From an uncultured Spirochaetota bacterium (lineage in GTDB: Bacteria > Spirochaetota > Brevinematia > Brevinematales > JAOACQ01): a stretch of DNA of 64,000 bases. The stretch is from NCBI GenBank assembly GCA_963835575.1, contig CAWIGG010000002.1:736001-800000 (forward strand), read 5' to 3'. The notes beneath the pieces are model-generated. The model did not search any database. It was not told the origin of the DNA and saw only the letters and a list, made by a program, of their open reading frames with translations. A program made the position numbers and the translations under genes. Of this stretch, positions 28,132 to 38,661 are shown in pieces (the stretch's first letter is position 1; every line of letters starts with the position of its first letter).

Positions 28132-30063
28132 TTATTCAAGACGCATTATCTTTTTTATCAAAAAGGGCCGGGGAAAATACATAAAAGGCGTATTTTCGAG
28201 CTCAATATCGTTAGTCAGGAAGGAGTCGTAAAAGAAATTTGCTTTGAGGAACCTGAGATTTTCCATTTTAAAATCGTTTTTTTCCATGGAAAAAAATGCC
28301 CCGCCGAATATATTTATAGTAGGATCCGGCATCTCTTCTTTTCCTTTTACAAGGTATATGCCGTCCAGAGGGGAACAAATATAAACCCTGTTCAGTATAA
28401 TGGAATTTTCATTTGTGTTTTGAAACGCCCAGACCCCCTTGCCTGAAATAATAAGAACGGGTTTCCCCTCGCGTTTCGAATTGATGTTCTCGAGATAAAT
28501 GTTTTCGGTGGACAGGATAGCGGTTGGAAAGGCGGCTTCTCCCTTGACAATAAGGGGAAGTTTTGAAAATATGACTCCATACCTTGGAGGCGATGATAAA
28601 TCCAGATCAAGAATACAGGCTTCTTCTTCCTTATCGATGTAAACGCCGTCATTAGGCATTGGCGGGTATTTTTTTATAAACAAGGGAGGCGGGCGGAACC
28701 CGAGAACATCGGCGCCGTAAGGGGGAGGTGTTGTCAATTCAATTATACCGCCTCCGATCCTTGCGTCCACTCTTTTTTTTCCGACATAAATGATCGGTAT
28801 GGAAAAATGGGTGAGGGGAAAGGTCTTTCTAACACCGTCGCCGGTGCCAATATGTTCGACATAATCATGAAAAAACTTGGTTGAAATAAAACGAAGCTCG
28901 CCGGTTTCCGGATAATATTCAAAATCACTCCCCTCTATCAGCTCGTTGACAAGATTAACACGGACAATAAACAGGTTTTCAATATTTTCCGCCGCTCCTA
29001 TGGCTGAATAATCTTTTCCTCTCAAGTAAACGGTTCCCAGGTCTCCATAAGCTTCATTCGGCACTATGATAGGTAAGATTTCTTCCGAAGCTTTTAAATG
29101 GATCTTTTTATTAATGACCTGGAAAAACCCTTTATTGATATCGCCCTCGCCGTAAGAATAGACCAATGAGGGAACTTTATTTTTATCGCTGTTTTTGGTA
29201 ATTTTTTTAATATAAACACGGTTGATGGAAGGTCGGTCTATGGAGAATCTTGTTGTAACGCCGTCGCCGATGCCGATAAGGTCTTTTTCTGAAAGGAAGG
29301 GATTGACAATCTTTTTTACCGGCAGACCCATACCCCTGTCGATGATAAAAGCAGAATCCTTGTAATGACTGAAAACATTCCAGATCTTTTCAATTGTCGG
29401 AAGGTTGACTTTCTCCGTCTGCCGGGAAAAACGGATGCTGGAAGGGAATAAGGCGCTGGGGAAAGTAAAATTTTTATTGGAAAAAAGTGAATGGGGCGAA
29501 TTGGTAAAAGTCAGAGCTTTCAAATCCGGCATATTTTGAAAGTAATCCATTGAAGAATCCCTGTATAAATAGATCTGGTAATCTTTTTGGGCGGCTGCCT
29601 TCCAATCTCCATAAGAGCCGATCTTGCCGCTGATAAAGACGGAACTTCCAAGCGTACTGTCATAATCCTTTCCGTAAAACAGCACATAGTCATAAAGAGG
29701 GAAGAAGAGATACTCATATAAATAAGATATATCATATTTGTTTTTCCATTTTAAACTGGCTTTCAGGCTGTTGAGGTTTTTCTGCTTTCTGTCTATTTCA
29801 ATAGTATAAGGGATCATTTCATTTTCGTTTTTGTAGGTAAAATCGAACCTGCCCTCACTGAAATGAGACCCTCCGTTTATCAGGGCATCAAAAAATTCCT
29901 GAACCCTTCCCTGCAGAAACCATTCGCCTTCTTTAACATTCAGATCTCTTCTATAGTTCAGGCCGAAAAACGCAATCTGCGTCAGGATGACAAGTATGAT
30001 CAGGGAGAATATGGATATTGCCACCAATACTGAAACGAGAGTGGATGACTTAACCTTAAACAT
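28132..30063 (-). CDS. Large GspK/PilX-like minor pseudopilin
   Basis: N-terminal KS-STLVSVLVAISIFSLII hydrophobic helix lacking E5; located in the T2SS cluster. Confidence 0.5.
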   Translation of the reverse strand: MFKVKSSTLVSVLVAISIFSLIILVILTQIAFFGLNYRRDLNVKEGEWFLQGRVQEFFDALINGGSHFSEGRFDFTYKNENEMIPYTIEIDRKQKNLNSLKASLKWKNKYDISYLYEYLFFPLYDYVLFYGKDYDSTLGSSVFISGKIGSYGDWKAAAQKDYQIYLYRDSSMDYFQNMPDLKALTFTNSPHSLFSNKNFTFPSALFPSSIRFSRQTEKVNLPTIEKIWNVFSHYKDSAFIIDRGMGLPVKKIVNPFLSEKDLIGIGDGVTTRFSIDRPSINRVYIKKITKNSDKNKVPSLVYSYGEGDINKGFFQVINKKIHLKASEEILPIIVPNEAYGDLGTVYLRGKDYSAIGAAENIENLFIVRVNLVNELIEGSDFEYYPETGELRFISTKFFHDYVEHIGTGDGVRKTFPLTHFSIPIIYVGKKRVDARIGGGIIELTTPPPYGADVLGFRPPPLFIKKYPPMPNDGVYIDKEEEACILDLDLSSPPRYGVIFSKLPLIVKGEAAFPTAILSTENIYLENINSKREGKPVLIISGKGVWAFQNTNENSIILNRVYICSPLDGIYLVKGKEEMPDPTINIFGGAFFSMEKNDFKMENLRFLKANFFYDSFLTNDIELENTPFMYFPRPFLIKKIMRLE

Positions 30064-30205
30064 GACAACCACGCTTATTACTGAATTTTAATGCAACCTT
30101 ATTATAAAACAAAATTGTCTTTTTGTATATTCGCTTTAAATTTAAAGTGTTTTCTTTTACGCAAAAAACCATATTTCAGAAACCCCGGCGTTTGATTATT
30201 AACCG

Positions 30206-31396
30206 TCATTTTATTATCTGGGAAAGATTTAAGATGGGCAGGAAAAGGCTGAAAATAATAACGCCGACAATGACGCCCGTAATGAGGATGAGGATAGGCG
30301 TCAAAAGAGAGGTGATTCTCTCAACCGAGGCATCCAATTCCTTCTCATAAAAATCTGAAAGACTCCCGAAAAGCACCCCGGTTTTCCCGGATTCCTCTCC
30401 TATAGAGGCTGCCTGCACTAATAGCGGCGGAAGATAGGGATTGTCCCTTAGCGTATTGGAAAAACTTTTACCTTCGGTGATATCTTCAACCGTTTTTTGA
30501 ATATTATTTTTAAAGAGATCATAAGAGACTATGTCCCTGCTTACTTCAAGTGCATCTTTCAGGGGAACGCCGTTTTTTAGAAGAATGGAGAAAGTCCTGG
30601 AAAAAACAGAGGCTGTATTCTTCCGGATAATATTTCCGACGATGGGGAATTTAAGCATATAAGTTTCCCAGATCAGCCTTCCTTTTCCTTTTTTTATCCA
30701 TTGCCTGAAGAAAAAGACTATACTCCCTATAACGAGAAGGATTACCAGGAAATAGCGTTGTATTACCGCAGAAAACCTCACCAGAATCAGGGTGGGGAGG
30801 GGTAATTCACTGCCGAATTGAGCGTAAGTTTCCTGGAACCGTGGAATCAATACCGACATAAAAAAGCCGAGGACCAGAATGGCAACGGCTAAAACCAAAC
30901 CCGGGTATAAAAGAGCCCCCTGTACCTTCTTTTTAACCTCATCCTGCTTCTGAATATATTTATGAATATACTCGACGGTACCTGCAAGCTTACCGGACCT
31001 TTCGCCGGTTTTAACCATATATATATAGAAGGGTTTGAATATTTTTTCGAAGAGAGACAAAGCCTGTGAAAATGATTTGCCGGCATTCAATTCATTCACC
31101 AGCGTTATTATTACCCAGCGGAAACTGTTCTTGGCCGGGAATTCTTCTAAAATGATTTCCAGCGATCTGGACAGCGATATGTGAGCCGAGAGAGCCGTAG
31201 CGAGGAGCTGGGTAAAGGTTATTACCGTTTCCGGTTTTACAGAGCGTATCTTCAGGGATTGGTCCAGCAGCACCAGTTCATCCACTATCAGATTCTGCTG
31301 ATAAAGCTGATAATGAGCCTCTTCCCTTGTTTGTGCCTGAATTGTTCCAAAAAAAGATTCCCCCTCCCTGTTAAAAGCTTTATAATTATAAACCAT
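30206..31396 (-). CDS. gspF: GspF/PilC inner-membrane platform protein
   Basis: YKA...G, GERSGKL, ALLYP, GEESG, LFLPI motifs. Confidence 0.92.
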   Translation of the reverse strand: MVYNYKAFNREGESFFGTIQAQTREEAHYQLYQQNLIVDELVLLDQSLKIRSVKPETVITFTQLLATALSAHISLSRSLEIILEEFPAKNSFRWVIITLVNELNAGKSFSQALSLFEKIFKPFYIYMVKTGERSGKLAGTVEYIHKYIQKQDEVKKKVQGALLYPGLVLAVAILVLGFFMSVLIPRFQETYAQFGSELPLPTLILVRFSAVIQRYFLVILLVIGSIVFFFRQWIKKGKGRLIWETYMLKFPIVGNIIRKNTASVFSRTFSILLKNGVPLKDALEVSRDIVSYDLFKNNIQKTVEDITEGKSFSNTLRDNPYLPPLLVQAASIGEESGKTGVLFGSLSDFYEKELDASVERITSLLTPILILITGVIVGVIIFSLFLPILNLSQIIK

Positions 31397-31610
31397 AAAC
31401 ATCTCCATTACTAACCGGGGTTTTGAGATAAAACCTATCTGCCTTATTATGGTTTTTTTACAACCCTTCCGGCTTTTTTGTCCAGTATTTATCATAAAAC
31501 CTCATCCTGGAATTAACAAATATTTACACTTTTCAAAAAATTCAGACCCGGCAGGGCAATTTTTTCAATGCTGCCGTTTCGGTCCGTTATGATTTCAGCG
31601 GATGCATTCC

Positions 31611-31638
31611 TTGACAAATTTAATCGGTGCATTATAAT
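31611..31638 (+). promoter_or_regulatory. sigma70 consensus promoter upstream of gspG
   Basis: TTGACA-N16-TATAAT. Confidence 0.6.
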
Positions 31639-31789
31639 ATAATGAGTCTTGGAATTCCTTTAATTGCAGTAAGATAGTAGTCTCGGTGATGTGGTCTTTA
31701 ATTAAAAATAGAGACATATTATATTTAATATTACTGCATTTTTTGAAGGATTATTGGTCTGTAGCGACACTGCTATACAGGAGACGCCA

Positions 31790-32185
31790 ATGAAAAGAAA
31801 AAAGGTATTGTTTACCCGGCTTCCGGCTTATACGCTGCTGGAAATGCTTATTGTACTGACTATAATAGGGATTCTTCTGACCGTAGGTCTGGCTACTTAT
31901 TCTAAAGTCCAGACAACTGCCATGATAAAATCGGCCCAGATTGAGCTCAGGCAATATCATATAGCCATTCAAAGCTTTAAAGCCGATTTGAATGCCATGC
32001 CGGTCAACGCCGGGGAGTTACTGGAAAAGGGATACATTACAAAACAGCTTTTAAATGATCCCTGGGGTACGGAATTCCGTTTAGAAGTGGATAACTCCGC
32101 TAATACGGTAAAAATCATCAGCGCCGGGCCAGGCAAGCAATTCGGCACTAAGGACAACATAATTGAAGAGGTTTCCGTTCTTTAA
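31790..32185 (+). CDS. gspG: Major pseudopilin GspG
   Basis: A|YTLLEMLIV prepilin motif; DPWG and SAGP.K.FGT.D T2SSG motifs. Confidence 0.88.
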   Translation: MKRKKVLFTRLPAYTLLEMLIVLTIIGILLTVGLATYSKVQTTAMIKSAQIELRQYHIAIQSFKADLNAMPVNAGELLEKGYITKQLLNDPWGTEFRLEVDNSANTVKIISAGPGKQFGTKDNIIEEVSVL

Positions 32186-32295
32186 ACACAGGATTCAGTG
32201 TCCTGCCTTAATAAAGGGTTTCATTATGGGCAGTCCTAAAACCGATAGAATATTAAGGAATTTAGAGAATCTTATTTTCCAAGTATAAGATTTTA

Positions 32296-32368
32296 GGCAT
32301 TTCCATCCCTCACCAGTTTGTCAGGCTGAACTTGAGTAGCAATCAAACTGGTGAGGGATGGAAATGCC
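32296..32368. repeat. 25-bp perfect inverted repeat with 23-nt spacer
   Basis: GGCATTTCCATCCCTCACCAGTTTG / CAAACTGGTGAGGGATGGAAATGCC. Confidence 0.9.
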
Positions 32369-32511
32369 CTTATTCTTTTTTTAGAAAGTAATGAGATGTT
32401 TACGGTTCATTCTGTTGCGGCTTTTCATTCATATATTCAGAAGATGATGAAAGTCTGCGGAAAGCAATATCCGGTATATGATCGGGTTTTCTTAAGGTAC
32501 GAGGCTGTGTC

Positions 32512-33981
32512 ATGAGCGTAAAAAAATATTTTTCATCATTTTTAACCCGGATTCTTCGTTTAACGGGTTTTGTAAAGACACTACTGGATTACAGCGGTGT
32601 CTCTTTCAGGCTTTATCAGGTTTTTATCCTCGGAAGCTTTGTCCGAAGCCTGCGTTTTGAAGAAATTAAAATTGAAAACTCCCGCGGCAAAGATGCCTTC
32701 ATTGATTTATTCCGTCAGATGGGGCTCAAAGCGAATCAATCCCTCCTGTTATCATTTTCCGGAGCATCAATCCACGCCATATCTTTTGACCTTCCCGGTG
32801 TCAGGGAAAAAGAGCTTAATACGGCCATTCAGTGGGAACTGAAAAAAAAGCTGCCATTGCCGGATAAGGATGTTTATTATTCGCATAAAAAAATGGCGGA
32901 TCCTTTTGCCAGGAAGCAAAAAAGATGGAACATTACTGCGCTGGTGGTAAAAAAGGAAGAACTTGATAATATCCTGGAAAGCCTCCGAAGCGCCGGCATA
33001 CTGGCGGAGAAAGTTTTTCTGATGCCCTTTCACAGTCTGAGGATTTTGTCCATCCCTCCCGATTCCGGTAATCTGGGGCTGTTTATCCTATCCGATCATA
33101 CGCTTGAGATTTACCTGCTCCACTCGGGAAAGGTATTTGACAGCCTGTTTTATTCTTTTGATATCCAGCATGTCAGTCCTATGACCGTTAAAAACATAAT
33201 AGACTTTATTATTCAGTTCGAAAAGAAAAGCGGTGAAAAATTGAATGGTCTTTATTTATTAAATAAGGAAAAGATGTTTCCTGACAATTTAAAACAGGCC
33301 GTTGAAAAAGCCGCGGGAGTTTCATTGTCGCCGGCTGAGAAAATACTGCCTTCTTTCGGCTCTATCAAAGGCAAAGAAAGAATACATTACCTGGACAGCC
33401 TTGGTTTGCTGCTGCGCCCTGACCCTGAACTGGAAATTACCCCTGCCCCTGTTAAAAAAGAATTCTTAAAGAATAGTATTATAAAGGGACTGGCGGCGGC
33501 GCTGGTCCTTCTGAACCTGGTTTCATTAGCTATACTTCCCACACTGATAGGTTGGATGCAGGAATATCAGAGGATTCAGGATGCAAGAAGCGGAAGCAGT
33601 TCCATGGATAGTGAAACTCAAAATCTTGCAAAGCTCCTGACGCAGGAAGATGAATTGATCCAGATGAAGCAAAAACAGGTGGAATTGACGGAAAAGATTC
33701 AGGCGCTTGAAAATACAGGCATCCCGTCTTCCAAAATCAGGTATGTTTTATATGATCTGGCAAGACTGATGCTTCCGGATACCCGCATCCTCAGGCTGCG
33801 CCTGATGCCTCCTAGGGCCGAGTTGGACGGAGAGGCGCCAAATAGTGAAGAAATGGAAGATCTGATCAAAAATTTAAGTCTTTCTAAGAAAATCTCCAAT
33901 ATCATACTTAAACGGGCGGACTTGAATCAGGAAAAAGGCAAAAGTATCCTCTTTACACTGCAGTTTGAGGTAAAGTCATGA
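32512..33981 (+). CDS. GspL-like (PilM+PilN architecture) protein
   Basis: LP....EL..AI.WE....LP PilM-like motif, single TM, coiled coil, C-terminal LP....I..L.....L.GEA PilN-like domain. Confidence 0.7.
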   Translation: MSVKKYFSSFLTRILRLTGFVKTLLDYSGVSFRLYQVFILGSFVRSLRFEEIKIENSRGKDAFIDLFRQMGLKANQSLLLSFSGASIHAISFDLPGVREKELNTAIQWELKKKLPLPDKDVYYSHKKMADPFARKQKRWNITALVVKKEELDNILESLRSAGILAEKVFLMPFHSLRILSIPPDSGNLGLFILSDHTLEIYLLHSGKVFDSLFYSFDIQHVSPMTVKNIIDFIIQFEKKSGEKLNGLYLLNKEKMFPDNLKQAVEKAAGVSLSPAEKILPSFGSIKGKERIHYLDSLGLLLRPDPELEITPAPVKKEFLKNSIIKGLAAALVLLNLVSLAILPTLIGWMQEYQRIQDARSGSSSMDSETQNLAKLLTQEDELIQMKQKQVELTEKIQALENTGIPSSKIRYVLYDLARLMLPDTRILRLRLMPPRAELDGEAPNSEEMEDLIKNLSLSKKISNIILKRADLNQEKGKSILFTLQFEVKS

Positions 33982-34508
33982 AAAAAAAATACTTTGCCTA
34001 TCTGTTTATTATTCTTTCGGCGGTTTGGCTTATTGCGTTTCTTATCCTTTTCCTGAATTCCCAGAAAATACAGGATCAGATAGATTTCATTAAGGAGAAT
34101 CGCCGTGAGCTGGTGAACCTTCCCTTCTATAAGAGAGAGGTTGAGAAGCTTCAAAGCGAGCTTAAGAATATCGAGTGGGATGCATTTTCAAGCAGGCCTG
34201 TCAGCGAGTTTGCGGCCCTTCTTCCAAAGCTTGCTGAAAAAAAGCAAATAGAGACCCTGAGAATCGAAAATAACGGAACCCGTATGGAAAACGGGCGTGA
34301 GGTTTCGGAACTTCAAATCAGTATAGTATCATCCTTTTCCAAAATAGCTGGTTTTATCGATTTGCTGGAGCAATCGCGCCTGCCTATTCAAATAGTCAAC
34401 CTGAATCTGGAAGAAAACAACGGCCAGATACGGACCCTGCTTTCAATAAGAATATATAAGCCGTTGGATTTAAAGCCTGCTGTTGATTCAAAAACAAATA
34501 ACCAGTAA
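33978..34508 (+). CDS. GspM/PilO-like protein
   Basis: N-terminal TM, coiled coil, F..I..F...LE...I PilO-like C-terminus; ATGA-coupled to upstream gene. Confidence 0.65.
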   Translation: MKKKYFAYLFIILSAVWLIAFLILFLNSQKIQDQIDFIKENRRELVNLPFYKREVEKLQSELKNIEWDAFSSRPVSEFAALLPKLAEKKQIETLRIENNGTRMENGREVSELQISIVSSFSKIAGFIDLLEQSRLPIQIVNLNLEENNGQIRTLLSIRIYKPLDLKPAVDSKTNNQ

Positions 34509-34645
34509 ATCATTTTTTAAAACATTCGGATTTATTAACTATTGTCAAATACCTGTGTCCTTGTAGTTTTTCGCCTGTCTTCAGCCCTGGAAAATTGTGT
34601 TTCTTCAGATGAAATGTTTATTGATCTTTAGAGCACCGCTTCACA

Positions 34646-34704
34646 GCCTGCCTTGAGCACTTCGAGGAGTTTATCCTGAGTGAACACGGAGGGCTTCAGG
34701 ATAA
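34646..34704. repeat. CCTGAG-type REP-like hairpin
   Basis: TTATCCTGA...TCAGGATAA stem; GGAGTTTATCCTGAGTGAACACGGAGGG resembles GGAGCTTGTCCTGAGCGCAGCGAAGGA at 11399. Confidence 0.5.
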
Positions 34705-34803
34705 TCTAACGGATGTACGGCAGAGTCGTTTTTATCAGGTTAAAGTTTTGTATTAAAAAGGACAGTCCCAAAAACCTTGATTTTTTAAAACTATGCCTTT
34801 AAA

Positions 34804-34840
34804 TAAAACAGGCAGGTTAGTCAAAAACTAGCCTGCCTGA
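34804..34840 (-). terminator. Terminator of the GH48 gene
   Basis: CAGGCAGGCTAG...CTAACCTGCCTG followed by TTTT on the minus strand. Confidence 0.7.
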
Positions 34841-34882
34841 GATTCTAAATATTTTTCCTGCTTATATTTGCTTTTGCCTGAT

Positions 34883-37384
34883 TTAGTAAAGTGTGCAAGC
34901 CGTTCCGTTTAAAGTAAACGCTGTCGGTTTGGCGTTCGAGCCGCTGTAGCTCAGATTGAAGCCGAAGCTCTGCGTCCCGCCGTTCGCGCCGATGACGTTG
35001 TTATAGCTCATATTATTCACCGTTATTGTTTCTCCGCTTGTTGTTTGAGTGGCGTTCCATATCTGAGTGATCGTCTGATTTCCGGCAAATGTCCATACAA
35101 GAGACCAGCTCGAAAGGGCTGCGGTAGTATTGTTCTTTATTGTCACTGTGACGGTAGCTCCAGCACCCCAGTCATTATTGACGGTATAATTAACCGCGTA
35201 ACCGCCGCTGGAAACAGAAGAAGCAACACTTGAAGCAACACTTGATGCCACACTGGATGCGGCCCGGCTGGAGCTGACAGGGACTGAGGATGCGACGCTC
35301 GACCGGCTGGAGCTGACAGCAACTGAAGAGGCTACACTAGACCGGCTGGAGCTGACAGCAACTGAAGAAGCCACACTGGATGCGGCCCGGCTGGAGCTGG
35401 CAGCAATTGAGGATGCGACGCTCGACAGGGAACTGGACGCAACCGAGCTGCTGGATGAGGAATTGGAAGTACTCGCGATAAAAATATCATAGTAAGCATT
35501 CGCTGTTGCAAACTCGCACTGCTGCCATGTCCTATGATAGTTGTATGTCGGTGCAGGATTACTGGTCGTGTAAGGTCCCTTAGGAGGCGTTGTTCCATAA
35601 CTCGGACGGTCCTGGTAGAATACGTTTGTCCAAGCGATAGTAGCTCCCCACGGCATAATTTTGGTTGTGCCTGAGGGCATATAATCTACCTGGGTCCAGA
35701 AGTTTGTATAATCGCTTCTCGTTTCGGGGGCCGAAACGCCCATGGAATCTTTATGCAGGGTCCATACCCTGTCAAGAATTTGTTTGGCCAGATAAAGCGC
35801 GTTTGTGTCTTCTGTGCTGTATTTCTTTGTTGCAATGTCCCACCAGATAAACACTTTCGCTAATGCACCCATTATTCCGATATCTTTGCCGTAATCGTTG
35901 GTCGGTTCCTGAACCGTCAGGTCGACATTAGGTGTTGTTGTCTGCGGGAGCGTATCGGGATTTGCCCCGTCATAAGGAATATGGGTCCCTTGTATATACC
36001 ATTCCATTCCCACGGGGATTGATACGTCCCCATCCGATGAGAGGGTAACCAACGGCTTTATCCATGCAATGAATTTCTGCAATGGAATTAACGCATTGGT
36101 ATCACCGGTAAAATAATAATACTCGGCCAATCTTTCCGCGAACCAAGCCTGATACCCTGTCCAGTCATTGCTGCCCGGATCAAGGTAGACCGGGTTGGGG
36201 TCAAACTGCATTCCATGGAATGCGTTGGCTGTAAGTGTGGGATAAGGTGTTTCTCCTGCGATATGATTTGCTACGCCGCCGCCGAAAGCTCCGTTAGTGG
36301 ACTGGACAAACTTTGCCAGCTCAAGCTGACGCTGCAGCGATGTGCCCCAGTCGGTTTGTCCGAAAGAGGTACTCAGGAAATAAGCGGCCATCGGATTTTG
36401 ATAGCCGATATGAGCCGAATGACAGCCGATGCGCCATGCCCAGTTTTGTCCGCTTCCGATCCCGGCGCCCCAGGCTGTGTACCAGCTGATTAAGTAATGG
36501 CAGGAATTGTAGCCTGATCCTGCTGTGGCAGTCTGTCCGATGACCCGGAAGTATTTGTCGAACATCGCATACCGCAGCCAGTCTCCCATCTTGGCCGCCT
36601 TGTTCGTGTAAACGGAGATATCAACACCCTGCTGGCCGGCCCAGATGTTTGCCAGATACATCGCCTGTATAATGCGGGCTTCTGCATCGGGAGCGCTGGT
36701 ATAACGCCACTGTGGTGCTGTGGACTGTACAAATACATCGTACATGCTGTAGTTACCCGGGCTGTTGCTGTCATATTCCACCTGGGCGATTGTTTTCCAT
36801 ACGCCCTCGTTTGGTCCTCTCTGGAATGTGTTTATCAGTACAGGTGCGCTTGATCCGAATTTTCGCCAGTTATCAGCGTCAATAAGCCAGTGCATCAAAT
36901 ATGTAGTTGAACCCCACTTTGACTGTAGCGAACTATAGATAGGATCGGACCCAACCGGGGCTCCCGAATCCACAGCGGCCGGATAATTGGTAGGGCTTCT
37001 AAATTCCGGGCAATAACTGGCAACTTTTGACGGGTTGTAAGTACTCCAGTTTTCCGTTGTGCTTGGAATATAGTAAGTGTCAATAACCGACCAGGCATTC
37101 TTGAACGGTGTCCAGTTGCCTGATAACTTCGCATATACGGTATCCAGCCATACCAATTCGCTGATTGATTCGCTTGTTGCGTCATGACCATAGTCTACTG
37201 CCTCAACAATAAGCGGCTCTACACAGTGGTAAGGAATCCCCTGCGGGGATAAATTATTGGCATGAATATTTGTCCACAATGTCATAAACCGGTCTGCATA
37301 AGTTCCGGCGCTTGCGCGTGTCGATAAACTTAATGCCATTATGACAAGAAACAAAACAAACCCTATAACTCTGAACTTTCCCAT
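34883..37384 (-). CDS. GH48 cellulase with Ser-rich linker and CBM2
   Basis: Signal peptide; GIPYH..E.LIVEA.DYGH..TSE, MHWL.D, NTFQRG, QWRYT.APDAEAR, CHYLISWY, YHR.W.Q; SSVASS linker (~35200-35480); CBM2 V.Y.V.NDWGAG...W.L.W...IWNA...FGF. Confidence 0.95.
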   Translation of the reverse strand: MGKFRVIGFVLFLVIMALSLSTRASAGTYADRFMTLWTNIHANNLSPQGIPYHCVEPLIVEAVDYGHDATSESISELVWLDTVYAKLSGNWTPFKNAWSVIDTYYIPSTTENWSTYNPSKVASYCPEFRSPTNYPAAVDSGAPVGSDPIYSSLQSKWGSTTYLMHWLIDADNWRKFGSSAPVLINTFQRGPNEGVWKTIAQVEYDSNSPGNYSMYDVFVQSTAPQWRYTSAPDAEARIIQAMYLANIWAGQQGVDISVYTNKAAKMGDWLRYAMFDKYFRVIGQTATAGSGYNSCHYLISWYTAWGAGIGSGQNWAWRIGCHSAHIGYQNPMAAYFLSTSFGQTDWGTSLQRQLELAKFVQSTNGAFGGGVANHIAGETPYPTLTANAFHGMQFDPNPVYLDPGSNDWTGYQAWFAERLAEYYYFTGDTNALIPLQKFIAWIKPLVTLSSDGDVSIPVGMEWYIQGTHIPYDGANPDTLPQTTTPNVDLTVQEPTNDYGKDIGIMGALAKVFIWWDIATKKYSTEDTNALYLAKQILDRVWTLHKDSMGVSAPETRSDYTNFWTQVDYMPSGTTKIMPWGATIAWTNVFYQDRPSYGTTPPKGPYTTSNPAPTYNYHRTWQQCEFATANAYYDIFIASTSNSSSSSSVASSSLSSVASSIAASSSRAASSVASSVAVSSSRSSVASSVAVSSSRSSVASSVPVSSSRAASSVASSVASSVASSVSSGGYAVNYTVNNDWGAGATVTVTIKNNTTAALSSWSLVWTFAGNQTITQIWNATQTTSGETITVNNMSYNNVIGANGGTQSFGFNLSYSGSNAKPTAFTLNGTACTLY

Positions 37385-37992
37385 AACTCCTCCTAAATTT
37401 TTATAATTATTTTATGACCTCTCAAGAATGCTCAGGAAATACTACTTTAATTACTTTAAGTGATCAGGACTACGTTAGAATCTAACAAATTCCTCCGGGT
37501 CATATAATTTCTCCTGAACATTCCAGTTTGGCATTCTATATTAAGAGAGATATTGCAATATTTGAAAACAGGAGCACACTGCAATTAAAATTATAAAATT
37601 AATTATATAATAAAATATTCCCATTGATACTATACCTTAGGTACCGTTTTAACCGTACCTTTGGTCTGGTTTTTTTCCTGTTAGTGTTTTTTTTAATGAA
37701 ATGCGGCAGAAGTGAATATGTGTTTACGGCTATTACCATAACTAAAGACGGCTCAGTAAAGCCGGCAAAGCTTTGCCGTTGCCGTGCAAGGAGGGACTTT
37801 TTGAAAAAATCTTTTTCTATGATCATAGTTATTATTTATAAGAAAGTAATAGACATATAATGGAAGAACATGGTATCTCATTAATGGTGTGTTTTTTAGG
37901 CCAACGGCCGGAGGCGATAGAAATCGGCCTGTATTATTCAGCCGCCGGTTCATAATGGATTGGAAGTTTTAAATTATGACTGATAGAGCAGG

Positions 37993-38580
37993 TTAATATT
38001 CTACCGATTTACCGTTTGTTATGGAAAGTTCGTAATACTTGCCGTCTTTTTTAAGGATTATGCTGTCGCTTTTTATTTTAAAAACCTCTTCTCCATTAAC
38101 AACGGAGCCGTTTTTAACAATATAAGTCTGTCCCATTTCAGACTCAGGAGTCCCCTGCATCCTGAATGAATTGATGGTATTCTCATCCATACTTCCGTAG
38201 CTTGGGATTTCCTGAAGTATGGCGGTATACTCGTTATTCATAAAAACAATGGACTTGAGTATAAACCTGGAAATATATTTTTCTTCTTTAATTTCTGTAT
38301 GAACAACCGCCGTGACGGGATTCGCTATTCTTCTCGATTTTTCTTTAACTGGCGTCTTTTTATTATTAATTGCTGAAAAAGCAAAGGGGTCTCTTGTTTT
38401 TCCGAAATCCAGGTCTGTAATCTCTTCATTTTCAGCCGGCGGGCTGTTAACGATAGATACGGTTTCCTTTAGAGGTGCCTTCTGGTTGAACAGATGAAAT
38501 ATCCCAGGCACTATAAATAATATCCACAGTATTACGTTTATTAAGATTAAAGCTCCGGCCATTATTTTTTTATTATTCAT
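37993..38580 (-). CDS. GspC/PilP-like protein
   Basis: N-terminal TM, RDPF motif, L..I......AI...YIVK.G..V.G..V..I....I.L PilP/GspC-HR pattern. Confidence 0.6.
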   Translation of the reverse strand: MNNKKIMAGALILINVILWILFIVPGIFHLFNQKAPLKETVSIVNSPPAENEEITDLDFGKTRDPFAFSAINNKKTPVKEKSRRIANPVTAVVHTEIKEEKYISRFILKSIVFMNNEYTAILQEIPSYGSMDENTINSFRMQGTPESEMGQTYIVKNGSVVNGEEVFKIKSDSIILKKDGKYYELSITNGKSVEY

Positions 38581-38661
38581 GTCTCTTTTCCTTTTTTTCC
38601 AAGATCAGCTCCAAGCATATTGATTTTTTTGAAAGCTGACTCCAGCAATAAATATTATTTT

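Noticed and set aside
35200..35480. Tandem DNA repeats as an independent element
   Set aside because: They encode the ordinary Ser-rich linker between GH48 and CBM2.
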